DNA from: Candidatus Aminicenantes bacterium | Lineage (GTDB): Bacteria > Acidobacteriota > Aminicenantia > Aminicenantales > UBA4085 | Direction: 5' to 3' | Length of the DNA: 64,000 nucleotides | Assembly: GCA_022866045.1 (NCBI GenBank) | Contig: JALHTW010000049.1 | Coordinates: 11,041-75,040 of the forward strand | Shown: positions 48,468 through 58,427 of the stretch, in pieces | Position numbering within the stretch: the stretch's first letter is position 1 | Layout of the letters: each line of letters begins with the position of its first letter | Made by a program: the position numbers and the translations under genes | Notes under the pieces: model-generated | Told to the model about the DNA's origin: nothing | The model's input: the letters and a program-made list of their open reading frames with translations, nothing else | Databases searched by the model: none

Positions 48468-48717
48468 GCTTTCCAAAGATACATTGAAATATCTGAAGAA
48501 GTTGAGCCGGAACACGGCCCAAAGGATCCTCGACAGCCTTGAGCGACTCGAATCCACGAAAAATCCGGCATTTCACAAAGACGTTAAACCTCTCACGGGA
48601 AAGCTCAAAGGGTGTTACCGGCTGAGGGTCGGAGATTATCGCCTGATTCTTGAGCTGGATAACGATAATAGAAGGATCGGCATTCTTATCATTGTCCCGC
48701 GAGGAGACGCGTACTGA
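48442..48717 (+). CDS. RelE/ParE-family type II toxin
   Basis: 91 aa with LKYLKKLSRNTAQRILDSLERL and YRLRVGDYRLILELDNDNRRIGILIIVPRGDAY, the canonical RelE/ParE C-terminal pattern. Confidence 0.75.
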   Translation: MGEKNWTVELSKDTLKYLKKLSRNTAQRILDSLERLESTKNPAFHKDVKPLTGKLKGCYRLRVGDYRLILELDNDNRRIGILIIVPRGDAY

Positions 48718-48724
48718 TTTTTAA

Positions 48725-49807
48725 ATGAGATTCACGTTTTTCGGAGCCTATGATCCTGCTTACCCGCGGAGCGCTGTCATCCGGAAAGGCCTGAAGCTCC
48801 ACGGGGTGGAGGTTCGGGAGTGTCGTTCAACGCCGAAATTGAAATTCTGGGCCCGTTACCCTCTCCTGCTTTTTAAATGGAGGGGCGACTCGGACCTCAT
48901 TTTTGTCCCCGAATTTTGCCAAAAGGACGTTCCCCTGGCCAAGTTTTTGGGGTTGCTGACAGCGACGGGGGTGATCTTCGATCCCCTCGCGGCGCGCTAT
49001 GAGACCAAGATCATCGATTGGAAAAGAAAATCCGCCGATTCGCTCTCGGCCTGGTGGAATCTCCAGATCGACCGGGCAGCGTTTGCTGCGGCCGGTCTCA
49101 TCCTGGCCGATACGGCGGCGCATAAAGCCTACTACGTCGACGCCTACGGACTGAAACCGGAGAAGGTTGAGGTTCTGCCGCTCGGTTATGATGACGAATT
49201 CTTCAGGCCGAGGGAGGACGGCGGGGAGCCCGCTCCAGGACAAGCTTCCCCAACGTTTGAAGTTTTGTTCTTCGGCTCGTTCCTGCCGCTCCACGGGACG
49301 GACGTGATCGTCGAAGCGGCGAAGATCGTCGCCGGCAAAGACCCGTCGGTCCATTTCAAGCTTATCGGCTCCGGGCAGACGCTGGACAAAGTCCGGGCGG
49401 CGGCCTCGGGGTTGAGCAATGTTGAGTTCATCGGATGGCTGCCGGCCCGGGAACTTCCGGGTGTCATCGGGGCGGCGGACGTCTGCCTCGGCATTTTCGG
49501 CCGCACGGAGAAGGCCCGCCGCGTCGTCCCTCATAAGATCTATCAATCCATGGGCATGCGGAAGGCGGTGATCACCGCTCGGACGCCGGCCGCTGAAGAA
49601 TTTTTTAAGCATGGGGAAAATATCCTCTTCTGCGACGAACCGCTGGCGGAATCCCTGGCCGAGGCCGTCCTGGAGCTAAAAAACGATACGGACTTAAGGA
49701 CCGGCATCGCCGGCCGCGGGTTCGAACGGGTCAAGGAGAATTATTCTCCGAAGGCCATCGGCCGCTGCCTGCTCGAGATTGTCGGGAAACATTTCGGCAA
49801 GAAATAA
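48725..49807 (+). CDS. glycosyltransferase (GT-B, GT4-like)
   Basis: C-terminal Glycos_transf_1-like region (FFGSFLPLHGTDVIVEAAKIV...KIYQSMGMRKAVI). Confidence 0.55.
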   Translation: MRFTFFGAYDPAYPRSAVIRKGLKLHGVEVRECRSTPKLKFWARYPLLLFKWRGDSDLIFVPEFCQKDVPLAKFLGLLTATGVIFDPLAARYETKIIDWKRKSADSLSAWWNLQIDRAAFAAAGLILADTAAHKAYYVDAYGLKPEKVEVLPLGYDDEFFRPREDGGEPAPGQASPTFEVLFFGSFLPLHGTDVIVEAAKIVAGKDPSVHFKLIGSGQTLDKVRAAASGLSNVEFIGWLPARELPGVIGAADVCLGIFGRTEKARRVVPHKIYQSMGMRKAVITARTPAAEEFFKHGENILFCDEPLAESLAEAVLELKNDTDLRTGIAGRGFERVKENYSPKAIGRCLLEIVGKHFGKK

Positions 49808-49817
49808 GATAGTCGTC

Positions 49818-50636
49818 ATGAAAAGCTGTCCACTTGACCTGCCGCCTTACTCGGGCGAGATCGCCGAGGAATATGCCACGCCCGAGGTCCTCGCCCTATT
49901 CGCCGGCCCGCATAAGCTCCTGGCCGGGCCGGGCGCCGAAATCCTGCTCGAAGGCCGGAACCGCGTTGGCGCGGTGAAGATCGCGGCCGGGAGGGCCGGA
50001 ACAACGGAGATCGTCGTTAAAGAATATCTTTCCTACGGGATCAATAAACTTAAAAGCCGCGTCCAGCCGTCCAAGGCGGCGAAGGCCTGGCGAGGCGCGC
50101 GCGTCCTCTTGGACGCGGGTTTTGAAACACCTTTCCAGATCGCCTTCCTGGAAAAAAGAAAAGGCGGCTTTGTCGATGAGGGCTATTTTATCGCCGAGCG
50201 GATCTTCGCTGCCGGCGAGATCAGACATCTCCTTCGCCGGCTTTCCGAGGAAGATCTCCGGCCGCTCTTGGCGGAGCTTGCCCGGACACTCTTCCGGCTC
50301 CATGAGAAGGGAATCCTCCACCGCGACCTTTCGGACGGCAATGTCCTTGTCGGGAAAGAGGCGGGCGGGTCTCATTTCTTTTTCCTCGACACCAATCGCA
50401 TCCGCCGGCGGAGGTCCCTCGGCGCCGCGGCGCGGGCGAAAAATCTCATCCGCCTCGGCGTTCCGCCCCTTCTCCAGCGTTTCTTTCTAGAGGAATATGC
50501 CGCGGCCGGCAACCATCCCCTTCGCAGATCGTTCGTCTTCTGGTATAAATTATCGAAGAACACATTCTCGGCCTGGGTCAGATTGAAAAAAGTCCTACGC
50601 CTTAAGAGATTAGGGAGAAAGCTGAGAATACAATAG
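49818..50636 (+). CDS. Kdo/WaaP-family lipopolysaccharide kinase-like protein
   Basis: Kinase catalytic loop ILHRDLSDGNVLV and FLDTNRI metal-binding region. Start set to the internal ATG after the upstream stop. Confidence 0.65.
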   Translation: MKSCPLDLPPYSGEIAEEYATPEVLALFAGPHKLLAGPGAEILLEGRNRVGAVKIAAGRAGTTEIVVKEYLSYGINKLKSRVQPSKAAKAWRGARVLLDAGFETPFQIAFLEKRKGGFVDEGYFIAERIFAAGEIRHLLRRLSEEDLRPLLAELARTLFRLHEKGILHRDLSDGNVLVGKEAGGSHFFFLDTNRIRRRRSLGAAARAKNLIRLGVPPLLQRFFLEEYAAAGNHPLRRSFVFWYKLSKNTFSAWVRLKKVLRLKRLGRKLRIQ

Positions 50637-50788
50637 AGTCCGATGGAGACGGGTTCGAAATGAAAAGAGGGGACAGATCACTTTTTCCCCAAACAAGGCC
50701 GATCTATTCCATGATTCGGGAGCGAAAAAAGCCGTGTGTCCGCGTTTTTCGATTGGGCCTGACGACAGGATGAACAAGGGTCCATAAA

Positions 50789-52066
50789 ATGACATTCAAA
50801 TTCGAATGGAACGAGTTCGCCGACCAGCCCCACAATGTCGTGCCGCGGTCCGAGCGGATGCGCCACCATTTCCGGCACTGGCGGGCATATTTTTCGCTGG
50901 CCTGGGCCGACATCCTGCGCGGCGTTCCAGGTCTGTTCCTTTACCGCCGCTACCGGAAGCGGATGTTCCGCCGTCCGGTGAAGATCGAATGCGATATGTT
51001 CGCCGTTTCGGCTTCGCCGCGCGCCGGACGCGATGAAGATATTGTCGCGCTCTTAGGAGAGGCCGGCGTCCGCCAAACGCTCGTCCGCATCCCGTCCTGG
51101 GAGAAGGAAAAGCTCGATGCCTACGAAAGATTCGTCAGGCTTCTCCGCGGCCAGGGCATCGGCCTGACCATCGCTCTGCTCCAGCGGCGCGAGGATGTCT
51201 TCGAGGCGGCGGCCTGGAGGCGCTTCCTGGAAGAAGTCTTTGCCCGCTTCCATTCCCTCTGTCCGTTCTATGAGGTCGGACACGCCTGGAACAGGACGAA
51301 GTGGGGCGTTTGGGATTACACGGAGTACCTGAAGCTGGCCAGACCCGCTTTCGAGCTCCGCGAAAAATACGGGGTGAAGCTCGTCGGCCCGGCTGTGATC
51401 GATTTCGAATACCACCTCTATCCGCCGACGCTCCGTGTCCTTCCTTTCGATAAAGCAAGTGCCCTTCTCTATGTGGACCGGGTGGGTGCGCCTGAGAACG
51501 CCCAGTTCGGCTGGACGGCGGCCATGAAGGTCGCCCTGTTTAAAGCGATTTCGGACAGCTCGGCCCGGAAGCCGGTCGACTGCTGGATCACCGAGATGAA
51601 TTGGCCGCTCGAGGGGACCGGAAAATATTCGCCGGCCTCGGGGAAGCCGAACGTTACAGAGGACGAACAGGCGAATTATCTGGTGCGGTATTATATTATT
51701 TGCCTGGCGAGCGGGCTCATCGAACGCGTTTTCTGGTGGCAGCTTGTTGCTCCGGGGTATGGCCTTATCGACAGCCGCGAGGAGGCGTGGAGGAGGAGGC
51801 CCGGTTTCTTCGCCTTCAAAACGATGATCGACATCCTCGCCGGGAGCACGTTCACCGGCAAGGCGGAGACCGGCGGGGCGGAGATCTTTTGTTTCGAAAA
51901 GGAGGGGAGAGAGTTCGCTGTAGGCTGGACGAACGGCCCTCCGGTTGAACATGAATTTTCGAGGCCGGTGGAAAGGGTCTTGAGCCGGGACGGGTTCGAC
52001 GCGGCCGTCCGCGGCGGACGGATCGAACTTGGCGGGAATCCCAAATATGTCTTCTTCAAACCGTAG
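50789..52066 (+). CDS. hypothetical protein, possible TIM-barrel clan GH-A glycoside-hydrolase-like fold
   Basis: Candidate nucleophile motif CWITEMNWP and alternating beta/alpha pattern. No firm family assignment. Confidence 0.25.
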   Translation: MTFKFEWNEFADQPHNVVPRSERMRHHFRHWRAYFSLAWADILRGVPGLFLYRRYRKRMFRRPVKIECDMFAVSASPRAGRDEDIVALLGEAGVRQTLVRIPSWEKEKLDAYERFVRLLRGQGIGLTIALLQRREDVFEAAAWRRFLEEVFARFHSLCPFYEVGHAWNRTKWGVWDYTEYLKLARPAFELREKYGVKLVGPAVIDFEYHLYPPTLRVLPFDKASALLYVDRVGAPENAQFGWTAAMKVALFKAISDSSARKPVDCWITEMNWPLEGTGKYSPASGKPNVTEDEQANYLVRYYIICLASGLIERVFWWQLVAPGYGLIDSREEAWRRRPGFFAFKTMIDILAGSTFTGKAETGGAEIFCFEKEGREFAVGWTNGPPVEHEFSRPVERVLSRDGFDAAVRGGRIELGGNPKYVFFKP

Positions 52067-52709
52067 CAGCGAAAGCTCGAAATTCACCGAGCAGGGCGTC
52101 GGGGAATACGAGCGCCGGCGCTATCGAGGGATCGACCAGAGGATCGTCCATGCCCGGGAAGTCCATCTCATCAAAAGATTGTTCGACGCCATCCGCCTCG
52201 CCGAGGGGGGGAGAACTGACGGGCCGGTCTTGGACCTGCCCTGCGGCTACGGCCGGTTCACGGATTTTTTACGAACGCGGACGAGTGGCATCGTCAACTG
52301 CGACCTATCCTTCGAAATGGTCTGCCGGGCCGGAGAAAAGCTCGGGAGACCGGGCGTCGTGGCGAACGCGAAACGAGGGCTGCCTTTTAAAGAGGGCGTC
52401 TTCGGCGCTGTCTTTTCGGTCCGGTTCTTCCACCACATCCATGACCCCGCGGACCGGGAAGCCATCCTTCGTGAATTTCGCCGCGTTTCGTCCGGATGGG
52501 CGATCCTTTCTTTTTATAGAATGAACGGCCTCCATGTTTTGCAGCGCCGCGTCCGCCGATTGTTCAATAAAAGCCGGGCCAATATCAAGATGAGTGAGCC
52601 CGGTTTATTCGAGAAGGAAACCGCGGCGGCCGGTTTTGAGCTGGTTCGGGTATGGCCGCTTTTTCGCGGGCTCCACGCCTACCACATCGCGTTGCTTAGA
52701 AAAAAATAG
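52047..52709 (+). CDS. class I SAM-dependent methyltransferase
   Basis: VLDLPCGYGRFTDFL (motif I) and AVFSVRFFHHI (motif II region). Confidence 0.6.
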   Translation: MSSSNRSSESSKFTEQGVGEYERRRYRGIDQRIVHAREVHLIKRLFDAIRLAEGGRTDGPVLDLPCGYGRFTDFLRTRTSGIVNCDLSFEMVCRAGEKLGRPGVVANAKRGLPFKEGVFGAVFSVRFFHHIHDPADREAILREFRRVSSGWAILSFYRMNGLHVLQRRVRRLFNKSRANIKMSEPGLFEKETAAAGFELVRVWPLFRGLHAYHIALLRKK

Positions 52710-52762
52710 GTTCTCATCCATAATGGGAGCAAGGCTGTTCCAGGATCTTCTCCGATCCAGGC

Positions 52763-53959
52763 TTAAAACTTGATTTTGATCCCTGCCCGCAGAGACATCC
52801 CCGAGAAATCGACAGTGGCCTCGCGCGCGTTCTCGACATATGCGTCATGGGCGGGGTTCTGTCTGCGGATGAGAAGAAGGGGAGAGATCGTCTTGCCGGA
52901 CTCCGTGTAATCGTAGGCGTAGAGCTTTCCTTCTTCCGTGACCGGATCGGGTGACTGGGAACTCTGAGAGGTCCCGGTGCCCTCAAATCCTTTGATCGGA
53001 GCATACTGGCCCGTCGCCTCGATAACCAGGGAAATATTCCTGGCAAACGCCAATTCGAACCCCAGGCTTCCCCAAAGGCCGAGGCCGCTCGCGGTAGCGT
53101 CGCCCTCCTGCTCCTGCCAGAATTTGTCTTGTTCGTAGCGGTAATAATAGCCGCACTTAGCGAAATAGTAGGCTACGCCCACTTTGAAGTAGAGGAATTC
53201 GGAGGGATAGAACATGACCGCCAATCTCACCGGTACGGCCTGAAACTTGGGCTTTGTCGTGAACGTGGCGGCGGGGGTCGCCTTGGGATAGGAGATCAGG
53301 CTTTCTTTCGAGCTGCTGAAGAATTCGGCGCCGACTGTGACATATAAGCGGGAGAGGAGTGAAATGGCGATCTCTCCTCCGAAGAGGTAGCTCAGGCGCG
53401 CCGGATCCGTTTCTTTATCGGCCGCGCCGCCCGACTTTGTTTCGTAGAAATCGGCGAACCCCTGGGCTCCCTTGTTCAGATCGCCCCCGAGGGAATAGTT
53501 CCCTCCGGCCATAAGCATGATCGTCCAGGATGCGGGCAGGGAGGTTTCTTCTCCGGTCTCCGTCGTCTGCGTTTCCGAGGAGATGACTTCCGTTCTCCGC
53601 GGCCGTTCAGCCTCTTTCTCTTTTTTAACTGCGGGTTCGACGATCTGAGGTTTCCGTTCCGTTTTGGGGGTCTCTCCGAGCGGAAGGACGAGGCTTTCGT
53701 GGACATACCCTGAGGTCAGACCGCTCTCGTCGGGCTCGAACGTGACCAGGTACCATTCGCCCTCCTGGCGGATGGCTTCGAGGACGGTGCCCTCGGGGAA
53801 TTGACGGATGATGACGCTGCTGATCGAAGGCTTCTGCCGGATGTTGGCCAGCTCGGCCGTGACCTTCAATTTAATGGGAGCGGCGGAGAGGGCCAATGCT
53901 CCTCCAAGGACCACCAAGAATGAAACAAAACCGAACGCTCTCGCTTTCCTCTTGTTCAT
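52763..53959 (-). CDS. outer-membrane beta-barrel protein (putative)
   Basis: Signal peptide MNKRKARAFGFVSFLVVLGGALALSA, alternating amphipathic strands, C-terminal aromatic residue (…GIKIKF). Confidence 0.45.
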   Translation of the reverse strand: MNKRKARAFGFVSFLVVLGGALALSAAPIKLKVTAELANIRQKPSISSVIIRQFPEGTVLEAIRQEGEWYLVTFEPDESGLTSGYVHESLVLPLGETPKTERKPQIVEPAVKKEKEAERPRRTEVISSETQTTETGEETSLPASWTIMLMAGGNYSLGGDLNKGAQGFADFYETKSGGAADKETDPARLSYLFGGEIAISLLSRLYVTVGAEFFSSSKESLISYPKATPAATFTTKPKFQAVPVRLAVMFYPSEFLYFKVGVAYYFAKCGYYYRYEQDKFWQEQEGDATASGLGLWGSLGFELAFARNISLVIEATGQYAPIKGFEGTGTSQSSQSPDPVTEEGKLYAYDYTESGKTISPLLLIRRQNPAHDAYVENAREATVDFSGMSLRAGIKIKF

Positions 53960-54160
53960 AAATCGCCCTTTTATCCGACCCGAATTATAGCATGAAAATT
54001 TGGGGACACAACACATTTCCTCATGAGAAAAAAACTTCAGCCCGCCGTTCCCTTATATCTCATTGTCTGGCGCATTTCAAGGTGTCCGCAGGGGACCGGC
54101 TGGATCGAACTTGCTAATTGACCCGAAAAAGTGTAATTTTTAAGTCCTGGGGAGGCCGAT

Positions 54161-54943
54161 ATGAGAAAGAAGGTCTGTCAAAAATTCACGGCCGCTTTGA
54201 TCGGCGTTCTGGCCATCGCGCTGGCCTCGGGCGTCTTTGCCTCAAGCGCCAAAAAGCCTAAGATCGTCTTCAAGGAAGCCGCAAAGAATTTCGGTAAGAT
54301 CAAGCAGGGCGACGTCCCGACCTACGAGTTCATTTTCAAGAACGAGGGCGATGATGTCCTGACCATCGGGAACGTTGAAACCTCGTGCGGCTGCACCGCG
54401 GCCCTTGTTTCGGAGAAGAAGGTCGAGCCGGGCAAAACGGGCAATATCAAGGTCGCCTTCAACTCGCGGGGCTACCAGGGTGAAGTGACGAAATACATCT
54501 ACGTCAGTTCCGACGACCCTTCGGCGCCGCGCGTCGAGCTCAAGATCACGGCCGCTGTGGACGTACCTCCCCAGCCGCGGATCGAGCTCGACCGATATTC
54601 CTTTGATGCCGGCCTCCTCGTCGAGGGCGACGACCTCTTCGCCAGCGTCGTCGTGAAGAACAGGGGAGAGCTCGAACTGAAGTTCGAATGCGCCCTCCAG
54701 AGCGCGAGCTTCCTCGTGGACGGGAAGCCGGCCAAGTTCCCGGTCAAGGTCGCAGCGGGGAAGGAGATCGAGGTAGGAGTGAAACTGGCCCTTCCTGGCC
54801 GCATCGGCCCGGTCCGGGAGTTCATGCTGTTCAAGACGAACGACCCGCTGCGAGCCACGATCTCGATGAACCTCAACGGCTACATCGTCACCAAGGACGA
54901 GCTCAAGAAGCTCTTCGAAAAGTATAAAAACATCATAAAGTAA
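54161..54943 (+). CDS. DUF1573-domain secreted protein (tandem Ig-like domains)
   Basis: Signal peptide followed by FGKIKQGDVPTYEFIFKNEGDDVLTIGNVETSCGCTA, the DUF1573 signature. Confidence 0.65.
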   Translation: MRKKVCQKFTAALIGVLAIALASGVFASSAKKPKIVFKEAAKNFGKIKQGDVPTYEFIFKNEGDDVLTIGNVETSCGCTAALVSEKKVEPGKTGNIKVAFNSRGYQGEVTKYIYVSSDDPSAPRVELKITAAVDVPPQPRIELDRYSFDAGLLVEGDDLFASVVVKNRGELELKFECALQSASFLVDGKPAKFPVKVAAGKEIEVGVKLALPGRIGPVREFMLFKTNDPLRATISMNLNGYIVTKDELKKLFEKYKNIIK

Positions 54944-55071
54944 GCATTGAGAGAAACCCATTTTAAGGCGCGGAACCACTTCTTTTGAATCGGAGGAAAT
55001 CCTCTCTTTCCCCCTTTAAAAAAGGGGGTTCCGGGGGGATTGGAAGTTTCTTCTCGAGGCAACATTTAGGG

Positions 55072-55344
55072 ATGCCTGTGCATATCACGGTCAAGGTCCA
55101 GCCCCGCTCATCGAAGCCGGGCATCGAAAAGACCGGAGAGAGAGAGTACAAGGTCCGGGTGAAGGCGTCGCCGGACAAGGGTCAAGCGAATGCCGAGGTC
55201 ATCGAGCTTATAGCCCAACACTTCCACATCCCCCGCTCATGCGTCAAAATTGCGCGCGGCCAGACGTCGCGGATTAAAATGTTAATAATCGACACAGAAG
55301 CTGACAGGACCCGGGCCTCATTTATTGTAAAGGACGACGCATGA
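55072..55344 (+). CDS. DUF167 (YggU-like) protein
   Basis: VKVQPRSSKPGIEK...YKVRVKASPDKGQANAEVIELIAQHFHIPRSCVKIARGQTSRIKMLII. Confidence 0.65.
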   Translation: MPVHITVKVQPRSSKPGIEKTGEREYKVRVKASPDKGQANAEVIELIAQHFHIPRSCVKIARGQTSRIKMLIIDTEADRTRASFIVKDDA

Positions 55345-56651
55345 GCATTTATAACTTCGTCAGCTTCCTCGGCATCTTCGTTCTCGCCTTCATCGCCTGG
55401 CTCTTCTCGAGCGACAAAAAGGTCGTCAATTGGCGGGCCGTTCTCTGGGGTATCGGACTCCAGCTCCTCTTCGCCTTTTTCATCTTCGTCGTTCCGGTCG
55501 GAACCAAGGTCTTCATCTTCATGAACGACGCCGTGGTCAAAGTCCTGGAGAGCGCCCAAGCCGGGACGCGGTTTCTGTTCGGCCGGCTGGCCCTCCCGCC
55601 CGGCACGACGAACGAGGCCGGCGAGACGTCGCTCGGATATTTCCTGATCTTTCAGGGGCTTTCGACGATCGTCTTTTTCGCCGCGCTCATGGGCGTTCTC
55701 TATTATCTGAAGGTCATGCCCTTCTTTATCCGGGTCTTTGCCCGCGTCTTCACCAAATCGATGAGGATCAGCGGAGCCGAAGCCCTCAGCGTTTCGGCCA
55801 ACATCTTCGTCGGAGTGGAATCATCGCTTGTCGTCCAGCCGCATCTGGCCGAAATGACCTTGTCCGAGCTGGCGACGATCATCACCGCAGGCATGGCCAC
55901 CGTCGCTTCCACGGTCCTGGCCATTTATGTCATGTTTCTCCAGAAGCAGCTTCCGACCATTGCCGGCCATTTGATGTCGGCTTCCTTCATCGCCGCGCCC
56001 GCATCCATCGTCATGGCCAAGCTCATTGTCCCCGAAACCGGGAAACCGGCGACGCTGGGGACGGACGTGAAACCTTATTACCAGCGGGAAAATAATCTGA
56101 TTGAGGCGATCATCAACGGGGCGAACTCCGGCCTGAAGCTCCTCGGCGGGATTGTTACGCTGCTGCTTGCTTTCCTCGGGCTGCTCGCTCTTCTCGATAT
56201 CGTCCTGGGCTTTGGCGGCGGTTACTTGAACAAGCTCTTGGGGATTCATTTTGAGTGGTCCATAAGGTCTCTCCTCGGATATCTTTTCTATCCCTTCGCG
56301 GCCGTTTTGGGCATTCCGCCTTCGGACATCATGCCCGTGGCCAAGATCCTCGGAGAGAGGGCCGTCGCCACCGAAGTCGTCGCTTATCAGCATCTGGCCG
56401 ATTTGATGGCCAAAGGAGAGTTGGCCTCCCCCCGCTCGGCCGTTATCGCTTCCTATGCTTTGTGCGGGTTCGCCCACTTCGCTTCGCTTGCGATTTTCGT
56501 CGGGGGAACAGGTGCCCTCGCTCCGAGCCGGCTTAAGGACCTGTCTAAGATTGGATTGCGGGCCTTGCTCGCCGCGACGCTCGCAACCTTGATGACCGCG
56601 GCAGTCGCCGGCACGTTTTTCAACGGCAGCACGATCCTATTGGGCGGGTAA
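55341..56651 (+). CDS. nupC: concentrative nucleoside transporter, NupC family
   Basis: MSIYNFVSFLGIFVLAFIAWLFSSDKKVVNWRAVLWGIGLQLLFAFFIF matches the NupC N-terminal domain. About 12 TM segments. Confidence 0.7.
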   Translation: MSIYNFVSFLGIFVLAFIAWLFSSDKKVVNWRAVLWGIGLQLLFAFFIFVVPVGTKVFIFMNDAVVKVLESAQAGTRFLFGRLALPPGTTNEAGETSLGYFLIFQGLSTIVFFAALMGVLYYLKVMPFFIRVFARVFTKSMRISGAEALSVSANIFVGVESSLVVQPHLAEMTLSELATIITAGMATVASTVLAIYVMFLQKQLPTIAGHLMSASFIAAPASIVMAKLIVPETGKPATLGTDVKPYYQRENNLIEAIINGANSGLKLLGGIVTLLLAFLGLLALLDIVLGFGGGYLNKLLGIHFEWSIRSLLGYLFYPFAAVLGIPPSDIMPVAKILGERAVATEVVAYQHLADLMAKGELASPRSAVIASYALCGFAHFASLAIFVGGTGALAPSRLKDLSKIGLRALLAATLATLMTAAVAGTFFNGSTILLGG

Positions 56652-56791
56652 AAAGTAATTCCCCTGAACTCCCCTTTAACAAAGGGGAGAAATAGAGAAT
56701 GAAAACAAACACCATCTTCTGACTTCTTTTCAAGCTAGAATTATTCATAAATTGCGTCTTTTCCTCGAGAGAGAATGCGCAGATGGCGCCG

Positions 56792-56937
56792 AATTCAAGA
56801 CGAGGGGGACACGATCCCAAATTCCGGAGAATTTGGGTCATGTCCCCGAATTCAGCGTCCGTCTGCAAATTCATGGCGGGAGAGATAACGTAATTCATGA
56901 ATAATTCAGACTAGAGGGGGAAAGAGGGATTCGTGAT
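56792..56937. repeat. REP-like palindrome-rich intergenic repeat, copy B
   Basis: Aligns with 43246-43392 (same hairpin and aattcatgaataattca core). Confidence 0.7.
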
Positions 56938-56975
56938 AATTCTGCCCATCCCCGACGTCTATTAATTTTGAAGGC

Positions 56976-57318
56976 TCTCTTCCATTTTGTGCGGTTAAAA
57001 TGAGGAAGAAGATCCGGGAACAGCCGCAGCGACCGTGGAAGGTTTAGCCTTCTCGAACCGTCCTTGAGGGAACCCGGCTGAGCCGGGCGCCGCGGATGTT
57101 TGAGCTTGCTCTGGAGAAGGGAGACGCCCAGATGAAAAAAATGGGAGTTTTGGGGCCCCATTTTTTAAAACATCTTATTGATGCCGATATCTTTCGTGCG
57201 AGTTCCGCGGCACCGAAAAGGGCGGTGAGAGAACGGCGTTAAAAACCTGGATGGGAGCTAGGCTGTTTCCGGATCTTCTCCCATCATAATTAACCCACCC
57301 AAAATGGAAGAGTACCAA
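56976..57318 (+). repeat. ~345-bp TIR-bounded repeat element (MITE-like or structured leader RNA), copy 1, ending 9 nt before the dprA ATG
   Basis: About 85-90% identical to 61829-62174. Left end tctcttccattttgtgcggttaa; right end ttaacccacccaaaatggaagag. Internal ggggcccc stem followed by a T-run. Confidence 0.7.
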
Positions 57319-57326
57319 TTTGAAAA

Positions 57327-58427
57327 ATGGACGACCGTCATGTTTCTTGGCTGGCCCTGAACCTGGCCCTTTGGGACAGCCTCAAGCTCATGGGGAAGGC
57401 CCTCGGGCGCTTTTCCTCGCCGGCCGAAGCCTTCCGCGCGTCTCATTTCGAGCTCCTCGGCCTCGGTTTTGACGAAGAGCGCGCGAAACGCTTCAAGTCT
57501 CCGAGTCTTGTCTCGCAAGCCGACAAAGAATTTGACAGACTCAAAAAGAAAGGCTATTCTCTTGTAACCTTTGGGGATATCGAATATCCGGCTTACCTCA
57601 GAGAAATATTCGACCCTCCCTGTGTCTTGTATTGTAAGGGACGCCTGGAGATGCTCCAGGCCCCGGCTGTCGCCATCGTCGGCACGCGGAAGCCTTCCCC
57701 TTACGGAAGGGCCGTCGCCGAGCGGCTGGCTGAGGACCTTGCCTCGCGGGGAGTCGTGGTCGTGAGCGGGCTGGCCGTGGGCATCGATTCAACCGCCCAC
57801 TGGGGAGCCCTTAGAGGAGGACAAACGATCGCCGTGTTAGGATCGGGATTGGAAAATTTATATCCAAAGGAGAACCGCAGGCTCATGGACAAGATCGCGG
57901 AAAACGGGACGGTCGTATCCGAATTTCCGTTGGACACGGAGCCGTTCGCCGGAAATTTTCCGCGGCGCAATCGGATTATCAGCGGGCTGGCGCAGGCGGT
58001 CGTCGTCGTTGAGGCCGCCGAAAAAAGCGGTTCCCTTATCACGGCCCGATTCGCTCTTGACCAGGACCGTGAGGTCATGGCCGTTCCCGGGAACATCACC
58101 TCGGACCTGAGCCGGGGCGCGAACAGACTGATCAAGATGGGCGCGAAGCTCGTCGAGGGCTGGGAGGATGTGGCCGAGGAATTGCCGTCTCCTCTCCGCG
58201 AACGGCTTCTGGCCCAACGGGAAGGCGAAACGCAGCCTCTTCCGCTGATGACCGACGAAGAGGCGGCCGTTTATAGATTGTTGAAAACGGATGAGCTCAT
58301 TCATATCGATGAACTTTCAGAACAAGGCCGTCTTTCAATTTCCGAGCTGCTGGTTCTTCTCCTGAACCTCGAGATCAAGGGATTGATCACGCAGAGCCCG
58401 GGCAAGTATTACCAGAGGAGAATGTGA
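57327..58427 (+). CDS. dprA: DNA processing protein A (DprA/Smf)
   Basis: VAIVGTRKPSPYGR...VVSGLAVGIDSTAHWGAL...VLGSGLENLYPKEN...SEFPLDTEPFAGNFPRRNRIISGL is the canonical DprA Rossmann-like domain. Confidence 0.9.
   Translation: MDDRHVSWLALNLALWDSLKLMGKALGRFSSPAEAFRASHFELLGLGFDEERAKRFKSPSLVSQADKEFDRLKKKGYSLVTFGDIEYPAYLREIFDPPCVLYCKGRLEMLQAPAVAIVGTRKPSPYGRAVAERLAEDLASRGVVVVSGLAVGIDSTAHWGALRGGQTIAVLGSGLENLYPKENRRLMDKIAENGTVVSEFPLDTEPFAGNFPRRNRIISGLAQAVVVVEAAEKSGSLITARFALDQDREVMAVPGNITSDLSRGANRLIKMGAKLVEGWEDVAEELPSPLRERLLAQREGETQPLPLMTDEEAAVYRLLKTDELIHIDELSEQGRLSISELLVLLLNLEIKGLITQSPGKYYQRRM

Noticed and set aside
55007-55029. G/C hairpins of the form ccccctttt...aaaaggggg (55007-55029) and ctccccttt aac aaaggggag (56672-56692) as terminators
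   Set aside because: Stable stems, but no downstream U-tract on the relevant strand. They were left unannotated as possible rho-dependent, REP-like or structural elements without enough support.
56652-57326. Search for tRNA/tmRNA or riboswitch in the long intergenic regions (42902-43419, 56652-57326, 61770-62328)
   Set aside because: I found no cloverleaf-compatible segments and no T-loop GTTCGAATC-like or known riboswitch core motifs. The regions are instead explained by the two repeat families.
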